From assembly GCA_031370005.1 (NCBI GenBank), contig JANMPT010000101.1, positions 1 through 56,670 of the forward strand: 56,670 nucleotides of DNA, read 5' to 3'. Below the pieces are notes generated by a model. The model was not told the DNA's origin, ran no database searches, and saw only the letters and a list, made by a program, of their open reading frames with translations. Both the position numbers and the translations under genes were made by a program. The DNA comes from Bdellovibrionales bacterium (GTDB lineage Bacteria > Bdellovibrionota > Bdellovibrionia > Bdellovibrionales > Bdellovibrionaceae). Each line of letters starts with the position of its first letter. Position 1 is the stretch's first letter. Of the stretch, positions 47,025-56,670 are shown piece by piece.

Positions 47025-47507
47025 TTACTTTATAAAACAACCCGTAAAATGAGCTTCAGCAGACTTACTGACGCACTCCCGACCCCAGTCACAACCTCGA
47101 TATTTTAAAGAGAAAGAGCCTTCTCCTGTTTTAAAATTTATCCTTAAAACTCGGTTTAAGCTTTTGTCTTTTATTACGAGATTATTAGTGGAAAACTCTT
47201 TTACCCGCGTTTCATCTAAAACCAGGCAGGACCCCGAAATCGTTGTGGCCTGCCCATTCTGGTCTATTGCGGGAATATTGAAACACTTTGCATCCGTATA
47301 GTTGTCACCGCCGTCTTGATTAAAAGTAGTGAGTATTCTCTTATAATGATCCGTCTGTTTAACGACCTTTCCCTGCTCGACTTCGGTGGCAAAGACCACG
47401 CCGCATTGAATTTGAGCCTTTTGCAATTCCTCAAGCTGAGGAGACACTTTTGCATAAACTACCGAAGAAAGTCCCAAAGATACTATAAAGGCTAACATAT
47501 TTTTCAT
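47025..47507 (-). CDS. Exported hypothetical protein (6 Cys)
   Basis: AAGGA RBS, signal peptide VYA|K. Confidence 0.75.
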   Translation of the reverse strand: MKNMLAFIVSLGLSSVVYAKVSPQLEELQKAQIQCGVVFATEVEQGKVVKQTDHYKRILTTFNQDGGDNYTDAKCFNIPAIDQNGQATTISGSCLVLDETRVKEFSTNNLVIKDKSLNRVLRINFKTGEGSFSLKYRGCDWGRECVSKSAEAHFTGCFIK

Positions 47508-47522
47508 TTTATAGTTCCTTTC

Positions 47523-48326
47523 TTATCGAAGCTTTTTTGCGTCGATTTGTTTTTTGAATTTTATTGCGGACCCGCTGGAGGATGTCGGCTGAGTAAAACT
47601 AAAATCCACCCCAACCAGGCCGTTACGTAAAAAATCAACAATATCAGTATCCCAGAAATTTATCTCAAGACGCGCAGTCGAATTCCCGCATCTTAGCTTC
47701 GAATCTAGAAGCTGTTGGTTTCCATTAAACTTATAAGTACCAGAGCAAGAAAGATTTTGATTTTGAACAGTACCAGTAAAAGTAATCTGCCCATAAGTGG
47801 TAATTACGATAAGACCTTGAGTAGCAAAGTCATCTTGGTCTGTTATATAGATGCGCCCAACCAGCTCGGAATCAATAATTCGTTTTTTCGTATTAAAATA
47901 GTAATCTAAAAGCCGACCGGAGACGCTGAAATCACCGTCATCGACACCCATGATTCCTAAATACTCGTGAAAAACAAGAGCTTGTTGTTGCTCCGGTGAC
48001 CTTGTGCGAGCGAGCCATCGGGTACTACTGACTTCTATCAGCTTTTGTCTCGGGTAGTTAATGGCGTCTTTTTCTACTCCGTTTAAAAGGGCCCTTTCAA
48101 CACTTACGACTTTGGTGCGAGCCAGAGCGTCCTCTAACTCATCGATGGCAAATTCGGGAAAGAGCTGCTCAGCCTCGAGCCTGATATCTTTCGCTACCTG
48201 TCTGCCGAGGTTCATGAATTCCAGGACGATTGCATCACCGCCGTTGCCTACATCGCGAATTCCCGCAAAGACTGGAACCGAGAATAAAAATGAAAAAGCT
48301 ATAAAGGGCATTAAAAATATTTTCAT
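47523..48326 (-). CDS. Exported 'GNGG-motif' hypothetical protein with HEYLG segment
   Basis: Signal peptide VFA|GIRDVGNGGD and LVFHEYLGIMG; ATGA-coupled to the upstream regulator. Confidence 0.75.
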   Translation of the reverse strand: MKIFLMPFIAFSFLFSVPVFAGIRDVGNGGDAIVLEFMNLGRQVAKDIRLEAEQLFPEFAIDELEDALARTKVVSVERALLNGVEKDAINYPRQKLIEVSSTRWLARTRSPEQQQALVFHEYLGIMGVDDGDFSVSGRLLDYYFNTKKRIIDSELVGRIYITDQDDFATQGLIVITTYGQITFTGTVQNQNLSCSGTYKFNGNQQLLDSKLRCGNSTARLEINFWDTDIVDFLRNGLVGVDFSFTQPTSSSGSAIKFKKQIDAKKLR

Positions 48327-49138
48327 ACATTTTCCTTTTGAAGAAGGTTAAAAAATTGAATACTCAAGCAATAAACATTATTCTTTTTCGGGCTGGTCGA
48401 GAGCAGTCTCGAAAATTCCCTGCGGAACTGAAGCAGTTTCTTTTTGGCTTTGGGAAGATCTTCTTTGTTAATGGCAAAAACTGTGGATGAACTTTCACGC
48501 TCTTCAATCGTTTGGGTTTCCAGCGCCACCAGGGCCTTCTCCAAAATCTGCCGGTGAAACTTACGGATCGCTTGAGAAGGGGTGTCTGTGCCTATCGCGC
48601 TGAAATCCTCCGTGAGGCGAATGCCTCCTTTGAGCCTTTCAATGAGCGCCAATCTTTCAAGACGATCAAGAGCTTCCACAATTGTAAGCTCGGAGACTCC
48701 CAACCGCTGACTCATCCACGCCGTATCATTAGTAAAATTTGGCAGTGAGATCAGTTCGAGCAAGGCCAAGTGATGCCAGTCTGAAATAGCTCTAAACCCA
48801 TCCAACGTGATGCTTTGAACAGAACTCTGCAGTCTTTCCTGTACCCGACGTGCGGCGGCTTCTCGATCCTGAGGATTTCGCGCATGCTCTTTGGCGACAA
48901 GGTCCGCAAAATGCTCCGCTTGTCCAGCGGACAACTCGAGAGCCTGAGCGACCTGTTCAATACGTCTTTTGGAAATACCATATTTACCCTTCAAAAGCTC
49001 GTTGAGGGTGGATACGCCCATTCCCAAATCCCGAGCAAGTGCTCTCAAGGAGTAACTCGGATTTCGCAAAGAGCGATTTTCATAAGCCTCAGTGAAGTAG
49101 CGGCGGTAGTTGTCTGGGAAAAAAGATGTTTCTTGCAT
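48323..49138 (-). CDS. TIGR02147 family (DUF4423) HTH protein
   Basis: RNPSYSLRALARDLG, ISDWHHLALLEL, AIRKFHRQIL and VYCLSIQFF motifs. Confidence 0.88.
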   Translation of the reverse strand: MQETSFFPDNYRRYFTEAYENRSLRNPSYSLRALARDLGMGVSTLNELLKGKYGISKRRIEQVAQALELSAGQAEHFADLVAKEHARNPQDREAAARRVQERLQSSVQSITLDGFRAISDWHHLALLELISLPNFTNDTAWMSQRLGVSELTIVEALDRLERLALIERLKGGIRLTEDFSAIGTDTPSQAIRKFHRQILEKALVALETQTIEERESSSTVFAINKEDLPKAKKKLLQFRREFSRLLSTSPKKNNVYCLSIQFFNLLQKENV

Positions 49139-49505
49139 GGGGTGGAACCTAGCAAGAATCCCTGGTCAGGCGCAAGACCATTGCGAACATAGTGTTCGGA
49201 GATGATCGGAGTTGAATATCTTTCAAAGCAATAACCAAACGATCTGTACCCTTAAAAGGACGTGGCTGGGTGCTCACGGGAACGGAGCTCGTTGCCTTCT
49301 AGCCTATCCCGAGGCCGAAGCCAATCCCATGAACTCGGACTTCATTTGCAATCTGATGATCTGGCCTTGTAAAATCGCCCTCAGCAACTTTATGAATTGA
49401 GCGACAACCAATCAGATCAAAACCCGACTAAAACCCAATCTTTTTACGAGGATATCCCGACCGGGCGTAATATTCGTTCCCAGGGGCCTATTGCTTAAGT
49501 AAAAT

Positions 49506-51326
49506 GTGCTCATGCAAACTTCCCTCACCCCCTCTTGGGACCTCTCCTCCGCCTACCCCTCTATCGATTCCGCCGAATTTAGAGCTGATCGCTGGTTTGT
49601 CGAACAGAGTCTCTCGCAAATAGTCAGTTTCTGTAGGTCGATTCCGAGCTTAGATTTATCATCAGATGCGGCCGTCAACCAATTCGCAGAGATCATTCTA
49701 TTAAGAGATAAGTGTGAGATGCTAGGCTACAACTTAGGCGTCTTTACGGGAGCACTGAATTCAGTCGATACATCTCGCCAAGACGTCATCGCCATAGACT
49801 CTCAGATCGGTGAACTCAAATCAAAAATTGAGCAGGCAGCCAAGCCCTTAGATAATTTTCTTGCTACCTCAGACGATTCCTTCATCAGAAAATTGCTTAC
49901 AATTAAAGAATTGCAGCCCTTTAGCTTCCACTGGAAGCACGCGCGAAAATTAAAAGAATTTCTTTTGTCGGATGCAGAGGAGACGCTCCTAGAAGGTTTA
50001 GCCGTTAACGGCCATACAGCTTGGATGATTCTCTACTACAATATGGTTGGTAGTATGAAATGTGTTGTCACTTTAGATGGCAAGGAACAGACTCTAGGAC
50101 TTGCTGAGGCCTCAGCTATTTTATACGGTAATTCTGAAGCAGACAGACAGTCCACTTGGCACGCCATTCAAAAATCCTGGAAAGAAAATCAGGTGTCAGC
50201 CGCCGCGATCTTAAACGCTCTGGCTGGTTGGAGAATTGAGGTAAGTAAGAAACGATCCCACGCAAAACCCATGAACTTTCTTACTCAAGCGTTGCACGAC
50301 AACCGCATTGAAGAAGAAACCCTGGAAGCCATCATCACATGCTGCCGAGCAAACCTTGAACAGCTTAAACGTGCGCCTAGAATCATGGCAAAGGTCGCAG
50401 GCAAGGCCAAGCTTGACCCTTGGGACTTAACTGCGTCATGCCCAGCTCTGTCTGCAACGGCCACCACCTTGCGATCTTACGAAGAGGGTATTCAGTTGGT
50501 TCAGGAGAGCTTTGGTTCTTTGAATTCGGATATGGCGGATTTTACTAGGATGATGCACAAGAACTCCTGGATCGATGCCAAAGTTCTACCGACGAAATCC
50601 ACGGGCGGCTATTGCACAGAGTTCTCTAAATCTCGTGAACCACGCATTTTTATGACTTACCGGGGCTCCACGAACGACATCTCAACACTTGCACACGAAC
50701 TGGGCCATGGTTACCATTACTGGGTGATGCGAGATATCGAACGCTCCGAGGCGGCCTATCCGTTTACCTTGGCTGAAACAGCCAGTGTCTTTGCTGAGCA
50801 GACTCTAAGGGACCATTTAACCGAGCGTTCGAAAAGCCTCGATGAGAGACTTGAAGCCGGGTGGTCGGAAATGGAAAGCATTGCGGCTTACCTCATCGAT
50901 ATTCCGACCAGGTTTGAATTTGAAAAGAAATTCCATGAAATGCGTCAGAAGCAAGTTGTATCTGCTGAAGAACTGTCTGCGCTCATGGCCGAGGTTCGAA
51001 ATTCTTGGTATGGCGACACCTTTAGTAGCGAAAGCCCACTTTATTGGGCCACTAAGTTGCACTTCTCAAGCAGCGGCAGTGGATTCTATAACTTTCCCTA
51101 TGCCTTCGGTTATCTCTTCGCCATGAGCCTCTACGCGCGCCGTAAAGAGCGAGGTGAGAGCTTTAATAAAACTTATATCGCGATTTTGCGTGATACCGGC
51201 AGAATGACGGCGGAGGATCTTATTCGGAAGCATTTAGGTGAGGACATCAGAAAGCCCCAGTTTTGGCAGAAATCCATCGACCTCGCGATCCAGAAAATCG
51301 ACGCCTTTGAAAATCTAATTAAATAA
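49506..51326 (+). CDS. M3B family oligoendopeptidase (PepF-like)
   Basis: WDLS, TLAHELGHGYH (HExxH), LAETASVFAE and FYNFPYAFG motifs. Confidence 0.92.
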   Translation: MLMQTSLTPSWDLSSAYPSIDSAEFRADRWFVEQSLSQIVSFCRSIPSLDLSSDAAVNQFAEIILLRDKCEMLGYNLGVFTGALNSVDTSRQDVIAIDSQIGELKSKIEQAAKPLDNFLATSDDSFIRKLLTIKELQPFSFHWKHARKLKEFLLSDAEETLLEGLAVNGHTAWMILYYNMVGSMKCVVTLDGKEQTLGLAEASAILYGNSEADRQSTWHAIQKSWKENQVSAAAILNALAGWRIEVSKKRSHAKPMNFLTQALHDNRIEEETLEAIITCCRANLEQLKRAPRIMAKVAGKAKLDPWDLTASCPALSATATTLRSYEEGIQLVQESFGSLNSDMADFTRMMHKNSWIDAKVLPTKSTGGYCTEFSKSREPRIFMTYRGSTNDISTLAHELGHGYHYWVMRDIERSEAAYPFTLAETASVFAEQTLRDHLTERSKSLDERLEAGWSEMESIAAYLIDIPTRFEFEKKFHEMRQKQVVSAEELSALMAEVRNSWYGDTFSSESPLYWATKLHFSSSGSGFYNFPYAFGYLFAMSLYARRKERGESFNKTYIAILRDTGRMTAEDLIRKHLGEDIRKPQFWQKSIDLAIQKIDAFENLIK

Positions 51327-51395
51327 AGCCACCCTGACGGTAGTTCCCAGAGATTCCTTTGTTGAACATCATCGCAATGCCCCCCATCTTAGGAA

Positions 51396-51625
51396 TCTAT
51401 TATCTGCCACTGGACCTCTCGTGGTATTGGCCGCCAGCTTGTGCATCGCCTCAACTGAGGCAATAAAGATCATCCCGATCGGTTCGCGATTAATTTTTCA
51501 AATAGTCAAATTGTTTACGATTCCAAAAATGAGACATCTCCAGTGCATCCTAAGTTTGATAATAAAAATGGCGACCATGACTTAGCCCTCATTTTGCTAG
51601 AAGATGATGTTTCAGAGAGCAGAAT
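51396..51625 (+). pseudogene. Degraded trypsin-like (S1) serine protease fragment
   Basis: SIIC/TGPLVVLAASLC (compare CTGTL...VLTAAHC) and VHPKFDNKNGDHDLALILL (catalytic Asp motif), in shifted frames. Confidence 0.45.
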
Positions 51626-51972
51626 TATTTGATCAGTTTAACCCGATCCCCACGCGTAGTAGGATATGAAAATAAAATAAACTCTAGGAAATCAGATCCT
51701 TCATTTCGAATTTGATGAGGTTCATTAGGTTCGATTTCTATACCTTCATGATGGTTAACTACTATAAGTTCATTTTTAACTTTAAAAGTTGCAGTACCTG
51801 TCAGTACATAGAAGAACTGGCGAGATTTTTCATGAAGATGTAATTGTTCGTAAGTGCCAGGGGGCATTTTTTCTTTAATAATACTAGCATCTTCTCTTTT
51901 TAAGAAATGCCAACCGTCGCATTCATCGCCCCAACTGTAATGTTCTGCTATCGACTGAGTCACCTTACGCAT
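51625..51972 (-). CDS. Cupin domain protein
   Basis: MPPGTYEQLHLH..SRQFFYVLTG and EPHQIRN motifs. Confidence 0.88.
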   Translation of the reverse strand: MRKVTQSIAEHYSWGDECDGWHFLKREDASIIKEKMPPGTYEQLHLHEKSRQFFYVLTGTATFKVKNELIVVNHHEGIEIEPNEPHQIRNEGSDFLEFILFSYPTTRGDRVKLIK

Positions 51973-52142
51973 ACTTTTAAGTTATACTAAAACTACTAGT
52001 ATTGTCTATGAATCCAATCGTTATTACTGTCAAGGGGCTCTCCTACGCTTTAATGTCCTATCCCCTGATCAAGGATCATCTATACGATATAATACATGGG
52101 TATCGGAACTTCCGAATTTTGACTGAGGGACACTCAGCGCCC

Positions 52143-53324
52143 CTATAATAAAACCTTTTCGCAGCTAAGACGGCCCGTTGCCCGGTGAGCAATTTGGTCA
52201 GAAATCCAATTGTAAACAGCTGCAAATCGAAAAAGGACCAATTTCATAGAGCCAGCAACGTTTCCTATATAACACCGAACATAGCCCTTCATCACCGGAG
52301 ACAGGGTCACACGTATGATGCTATTTCGTTCAAATTTATTTGTATAAGTCAGCATATCAACAATCGGATTCGGCGGGAACCCGATTGAAGAACTGAATCC
52401 TGCAGAGAAGTAGTCGGTACCGGTCGTTGAATAGCCGGGCATCGCTGGCGGATAAAAAGACGTCCCAGTCAAAATCTTAGTCTGTCGTTCAATATCGCGT
52501 TGACCAAAATGGGGTCCCGCTTTGATTAATACCCCGGCTGCCGTCACGACTGCGGGAGTGTACGAATACTTTTCAGAGTTATGGAAGACCTCAAATATAA
52601 ACGCCTTGTTTGCCTTGTTGTATGCAAACGAAAGCCCCAACTCTTCAGAACCACCCATTCCATTATTAAGTACACCATTTTCAATCATAATACCCAAAGA
52701 TGCCGAAACACCGAACTCATTAGAATCCAGTAGTAGCGGTGCCTGATTCCAAAGCTTATAATCCAATGCTTGAAGCGTTGCCTCCACAGCATTCCGCGAC
52801 CTCTCGGAAAAACTAACTTTTTCTTTGGGAACGGAGGCGTCTAGCGAATTCGTTCTCTGAGTCACACCCTTCACAGAGTCTTTCACGAAGCTCAAAGAGT
52901 CGCCAACGATGCTTCCAAAGCCAAATACAAATCTTGTGGCACTCAGGGCGCGAGCCACATTCTGCAAAAATATCATTCTCGTTTTTTGAAATTGCTCTTT
53001 CTTTTCCTGAGACAGTCCGTCGTAACCCTCGAGCGGATTCACCTCCGGCGGTATAATGCCTCCATAATCGAGGATACGTTGCCGCACGTTTTCGGGAATG
53101 ACCAAGCCCAAAGCTTTTTTCATATTGTCGATGTTTGGACTGCTCTCAAGAGAATAGCTAACCTTATCAGAAATTTTGATGAGGGTGTTGGCGCGACCCT
53201 GCAAGACGCTGGCTGCGTTGAGTTGTTCTTGCAGCAAGGAGCTTGAGCCTTCCTGGGACCAGGAGCTCTGAGCATAAAGCAACAAATGCCCTAGCAATGT
53301 GAATAAAAAAATAAAGTTCTTCAT
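52143..53324 (-). CDS. Exported hypothetical protein
   Basis: 393-aa ORF with a signal-peptide-like N-terminus, ending LSCEKVLL. Confidence 0.75.
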   Translation of the reverse strand: MKNFIFLFTLLGHLLLYAQSSWSQEGSSSLLQEQLNAASVLQGRANTLIKISDKVSYSLESSPNIDNMKKALGLVIPENVRQRILDYGGIIPPEVNPLEGYDGLSQEKKEQFQKTRMIFLQNVARALSATRFVFGFGSIVGDSLSFVKDSVKGVTQRTNSLDASVPKEKVSFSERSRNAVEATLQALDYKLWNQAPLLLDSNEFGVSASLGIMIENGVLNNGMGGSEELGLSFAYNKANKAFIFEVFHNSEKYSYTPAVVTAAGVLIKAGPHFGQRDIERQTKILTGTSFYPPAMPGYSTTGTDYFSAGFSSSIGFPPNPIVDMLTYTNKFERNSIIRVTLSPVMKGYVRCYIGNVAGSMKLVLFRFAAVYNWISDQIAHRATGRLSCEKVLL

Positions 53325-53350
53325 GACCTATCCATTGGTTTAATAACTAC

Positions 53351-53367
53351 AGCAAACCCGAGGCCAG
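53351..53367 (-). promoter_or_regulatory. Putative sigma54 promoter
   Basis: CTGGCCTCGGGTTTGCT (GG-N10-GC) on the minus strand, 26 bp upstream of 53324. Confidence 0.55.
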
Positions 53368-53669
53368 ACCACGTTGCCCTATTTTTTATTTGTTCGCCTA
53401 TTGGGTAAAAAGTAGCAACTTTCGTCAGCCACAAATTCACGCACTAGACGTCCCATTTTGAGACAATTTACCCATATTACGATTTCCGCCATTTTCATTC
53501 CAAACAAGGGTTGTGGAGCCGCTAAGGTGAAGGCAATGTGAAATCAAAATCCTTCCATGCGGTTTGATCATTCTGCACGCGAAGGCAGATGGACCTATTC
53601 TGAAAGTGGTCGGAACGGTTGGATAAGAACGAGTATCTACTTTTGAACAGGATCAAATATGGTGTTTAA

Positions 53670-53999
53670 CTACTGAACTTCAAGCGATCCTGACATTGAA
53701 GGATGGAACAGGCACTTATAACCAAAGTGCCCTTTCTTTTTTGCTGTGAACTTCCAAGATTTGCCAGGAGAAATTGTTTTTGAATCAAATGTTCCAGGCG
53801 AGGTCACGGTATGCGGAACTAAATCGTGGTTGACCCACTCAATTTGTCGCCCAAAAGAAGTCGAAACTTCTTTTGGACTGAACTGCATCCCCTCAATATT
53901 TATGACGACAGGATTCAAACGATTTTCTGCACGAGCAGGAGCTGTCATCATAACTATGCCGAGAATAAGTGAGACACAAATTGAATGAATTTTTCCCAC
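53670..53999 (-). CDS. Blue copper protein (amicyanin/plastocyanin-like cupredoxin)
   Basis: Signal peptide; NHDLVPHTVT and YKCLFHPSM supply His/Cys/His/Met type-1 ligands. Confidence 0.9.
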   Translation of the reverse strand: MGKIHSICVSLILGIVMMTAPARAENRLNPVVINIEGMQFSPKEVSTSFGRQIEWVNHDLVPHTVTSPGTFDSKTISPGKSWKFTAKKKGHFGYKCLFHPSMSGSLEVQ

Positions 54000-54018
54000 T
54001 GAGCTTCCTCTCGTTTAA

Positions 54019-54564
54019 CTATTTCAGCACAGACTGCAAGTGCTTGGCATGCTCGAGATGTGCCGCAATAGCAGGACGGACCTTGGTAAGCAGTGCTTTT
54101 AACTCGTCATTTTTAGCTGAAGGAATCAGTGTCTTGTCGATCGCATCAAGCACTGCTTGATGATAAGCAACTTCATGGTCGACGTAGGCTTTGTCGAACT
54201 CTTTGCCTTTCAACGGTTTGAGCGCGGCCAAATTGTCATCTCCACCTTTTTTAAGTGAACGACTTGTATCGTTTTCCTCTGGTGTCACTTTTAATTTCGT
54301 TACTAAATCCACCGCGCTCTTATTAACAGCAGAATGATCCGTCACCATTTGTTCGGCGAATTTTTTTACTTCGTTGTTTTTGGTTTTCGCCTTAGCGACT
54401 TTGCCAGCATCAATATCAACGGAGTTTGCTGTCACAACAATGGCGGCAATCTGCGGATCTGTTGGCCCTGCTGGCGCAGCTGTTTTTTGATCTGCAGCTT
54501 GAGCTGCAAAACCAGATAGGCCGATGAATATTATTGGTAAAATTCTTTGACTTATTCTTTTCAT
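54019..54564 (-). CDS. DUF4142 domain exported protein (ferritin-like)
   Basis: VKKFAEQMVTDH, FDKAYVDHEVAYHQ and AAHLEHAK motifs. Confidence 0.88.
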   Translation of the reverse strand: MKRISQRILPIIFIGLSGFAAQAADQKTAAPAGPTDPQIAAIVVTANSVDIDAGKVAKAKTKNNEVKKFAEQMVTDHSAVNKSAVDLVTKLKVTPEENDTSRSLKKGGDDNLAALKPLKGKEFDKAYVDHEVAYHQAVLDAIDKTLIPSAKNDELKALLTKVRPAIAAHLEHAKHLQSVLK

Positions 54565-54665
54565 ATTTTTCTCCTAGGGCATAAACCCTCGAAATTTTTA
54601 AATGGTTTACTCACGCACAAATTCTCGAGGCCACATGGCTACTAGTAAAGGCCGTTTAAACCGTT

Positions 54666-55211
54666 TTAATTCAGCGCGCGGTGACTGAGTTTGCTTTGTA
54701 CGAGTGGATAAAGCCCAAACGATGCGCCAAATACGATGTGCGCAGCCCAGTCCCAGAAGATCGGAACTTCGCGTCCCCAAATATCCACCCCGTGAAGTGC
54801 ATTCATCAAAGTAGGAATTAAAACGTAAGGCCCGACCATCGATATGACACCCAGAGCAACTCCAAGTTTTAACGCCGAAGTCGTCGTCTCAACTGAAAAT
54901 TTCTTGGCAGCAAGACCAAAGATAAAGCCCCAAAGAAGAGACGGCCCGAGCTGATGAAGCACAAGGCCCGCCAAGATCGCTCCAATATTTAATCCTTGAA
55001 GAGCGGACTCACCGAAGACCATAGACCCAATGACCTGCACCGGAAAAAGAGGACTCTTTCCAAGGAAAACAGCAAAGACAAGCATAACTACCACAGCCAT
55101 AATAAGACCCGCGAGCTGTCCAGTGAGAATTCCGGCCAATATAGGTTTAGCTGCTGATTGTGCATGTGATGGCTTTTCAATTCGTCCAGTCGATTTCAAT
55201 ACATTTTCCAT
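54666..55211 (-). CDS. Membrane protein (about 4 TM, His in TM segments)
   Basis: Hydrophobic segments with GLVLHQ and WAAHIVFG. Confidence 0.75.
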   Translation of the reverse strand: MENVLKSTGRIEKPSHAQSAAKPILAGILTGQLAGLIMAVVVMLVFAVFLGKSPLFPVQVIGSMVFGESALQGLNIGAILAGLVLHQLGPSLLWGFIFGLAAKKFSVETTTSALKLGVALGVISMVGPYVLIPTLMNALHGVDIWGREVPIFWDWAAHIVFGASFGLYPLVQSKLSHRALN

Positions 55212-55321
55212 ATATCTCCAATTTTTTTGTTGTGGGCTTGCTCGCCTTTAACTCATAATCAACTTAAACATTAAAATTGTAAATACTGTTTAAATAGTTT
55301 AAATTGGCCCGTGGAGGAATT

Positions 55322-55963
55322 ATGCAAGGCTTGCATGGAAATCAAAAACGCATTCTAGATTACTTACTGGAGCATCCTGAGGGTGCCACACTTGATGAGC
55401 TGTCAGCTCATCTTGAGATTACAAAAAGCGCCGCAAAAGAACATATCGTAAAAGTTGAAGGCCACGGCTTTCTGATTTTCAAAGACACTAAAGGTTTAAT
55501 CGGCAGGCCCAAGAGACGCTATCTTCTTTCGCCAGAAGGACACGATGCTTTTCCCAAGCAATACTCCTGGCTTTCGAGTGTTTTACTAGAGCTTCTTGCT
55601 GAAGACATGGGTAAAGAAACGGTATCCCGTCTCATGTCGGACCTTGCCGATAAAGTTTCAAAATCTATGGAGTCAAAATTTAAAGCCGCTAAAAACTCGG
55701 CTGAACTTTTGGCACTCGTAACAGCAACACTCAATGACTTAGGCTATCGTTCTTCGTTGAAGCAAAGTGATCTCCGAAAAGGGGCAATCATCGAGGCCAC
55801 GAACTGCGTCTATCATGCAGTTGCGAAAAAGCATCCAGAGCTTTGTGGATTTGATGTCAAATTCATCCAAAACGCGACGGGCGGAATGAACGTTAAGCTT
55901 GAAAGCTGCATTGCCCGCGGCGGTAGTGTTTGCCGGTTCTGCATCAAGCGCACACTTGACTAA
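55322..55963 (+). CDS. HTH transcriptional regulator with C-terminal Cys cluster (SufR/ArsR-like)
   Basis: wHTH with GRPKRRYLLS; NCVYH, HPELC and CIARGGSVCRFC. GGAGG RBS favours ATG 55322. Confidence 0.85.
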   Translation: MQGLHGNQKRILDYLLEHPEGATLDELSAHLEITKSAAKEHIVKVEGHGFLIFKDTKGLIGRPKRRYLLSPEGHDAFPKQYSWLSSVLLELLAEDMGKETVSRLMSDLADKVSKSMESKFKAAKNSAELLALVTATLNDLGYRSSLKQSDLRKGAIIEATNCVYHAVAKKHPELCGFDVKFIQNATGGMNVKLESCIARGGSVCRFCIKRTLD

Positions 55964-56196
55964 TTCCCTAGGTCCGCAAATCTTGAGCGACTACCTTGCC
56001 GACGCTTGGTATTTGCTCTAGTCATATACTTATGATCGGGTGGATGACAAAAAAATATTCACAGATATGTGTCAAACATTATCCAGTACGTTCTTAAAGA
56101 TCAAAGTGTCTGGATTTAATAAAGCTAGCGCAAGCCGTCTTGACGAAGCATTTAATTATCACATTTTGTTCGATTTCCTGGGGGCGGAGTAAGGGG

Positions 56197-56670
56197 TTAC
56201 CAAACTGGTCGATACGGCGGTAATTGCAAACATGAATCCAGTTGATCATGAAGAACCTGGCTTAAGTGATCATTACAGAGCTTCGGTTCGGCGGGAAGAC
56301 TTATTGTGAGCACAGATCCATTGGCGCAAGGCTGTGATACGGTGCGAGCGAGCTGCTCTCCATAAATTGCCTGTCTCATCAATGTCCCACCAGGAAGCAG
56401 AGGAATAGTGTTACAATTTATTGGATTGGTGCTGTTATCGGTACCTAGCTGACAACGTACAACCTCTGGGTCTAAAAAGTCGGCAGGGCAGCGCACTTGC
56501 TGCTGATAGGTTACTCCAAAATGAAGATTATATACTGAGCTTCCAACGGGATTAACCATTGTACCAATTACCGTATTTACAGTTACGGGTAGGTTCTTCA
56601 TAGTCGCTGCTGTTTGCCCTGCTGGTAATCTGACATGACAAAGACTACTACTTGCGCAGTAATCATCTGT
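56197..56670 (-). CDS. Cys-rich hypothetical protein, 5'-partial
   Basis: The frame of ORF 56197..56601 stays open to the window edge (TDDYCASSSLCHV...). Confidence 0.6.
   Translation of the reverse strand, partial: TDDYCASSSLCHVRLPAGQTAATMKNLPVTVNTVIGTMVNPVGSSVYNLHFGVTYQQQVRCPADFLDPEVVRCQLGTDNSTNPINCNTIPLLPGGTLMRQAIYGEQLARTVSQPCANGSVLTISLPAEPKLCNDHLSQVLHDQLDSCLQLPPYRPVW

Noticed and set aside
49184..49198. Gram-positive-type LexA box
   Set aside because: Spacing is CGAAC-N5-GTTCG rather than N4, and no SOS gene is adjacent. Retained only as a candidate local operator.
1..56670. CRISPR array, tRNA/rRNA genes, integrase or att site bounding the island
   Set aside because: No regularly spaced repeats, cloverleaf or rRNA-like sequence, or integrase ORF was seen. 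The left island boundary probably lies outside the window. This was a by-eye search only.

Overview
Bacterial DNA, most likely Bdellovibrionota (inferred from a TIGR02147/DUF4423 regulator, a 'GNGG' secreted protein and Gly/Cys-rich secreted proteins). Bases 1 to about 32.9 kb look like a mosaic accessory island. Its metal-handling genes are intact: a CsoR-headed copper operon with copA, cusCBA, a cytochrome c-FTR1 permease and a P-type cation ATPase. They are interleaved with three different AbiE (type IV toxin-antitoxin) loci, two of them broken, plus an inactivated IS21 element and several gene remnants. About 33-45.7 kb looks like core chromosome (amgK/murU-like pair, sigma54 activator, MsbA-like exporter, uvrA, PhnD-like protein). 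The rest is a patchwork of secreted proteins, IS3 debris, an M3 peptidase and a small cupredoxin/DUF4142 cluster. Two candidate undescribed systems stand out. (1) A CsoR-operator-controlled operon places a di-haem lipoprotein, an ankyrin-cupredoxin fusion, YceI and a Cyc2-like cytochrome-porin directly upstream of copA. (2) An AbiE-linked pair of a lytic transglycosylase and an 8-Cys exported protein occurs twice, and in one copy the enzyme gene is cleanly deleted while the partner is kept. All family calls come from motif recognition by eye; no searches were run. No rRNA, tRNA or CRISPR array was seen.
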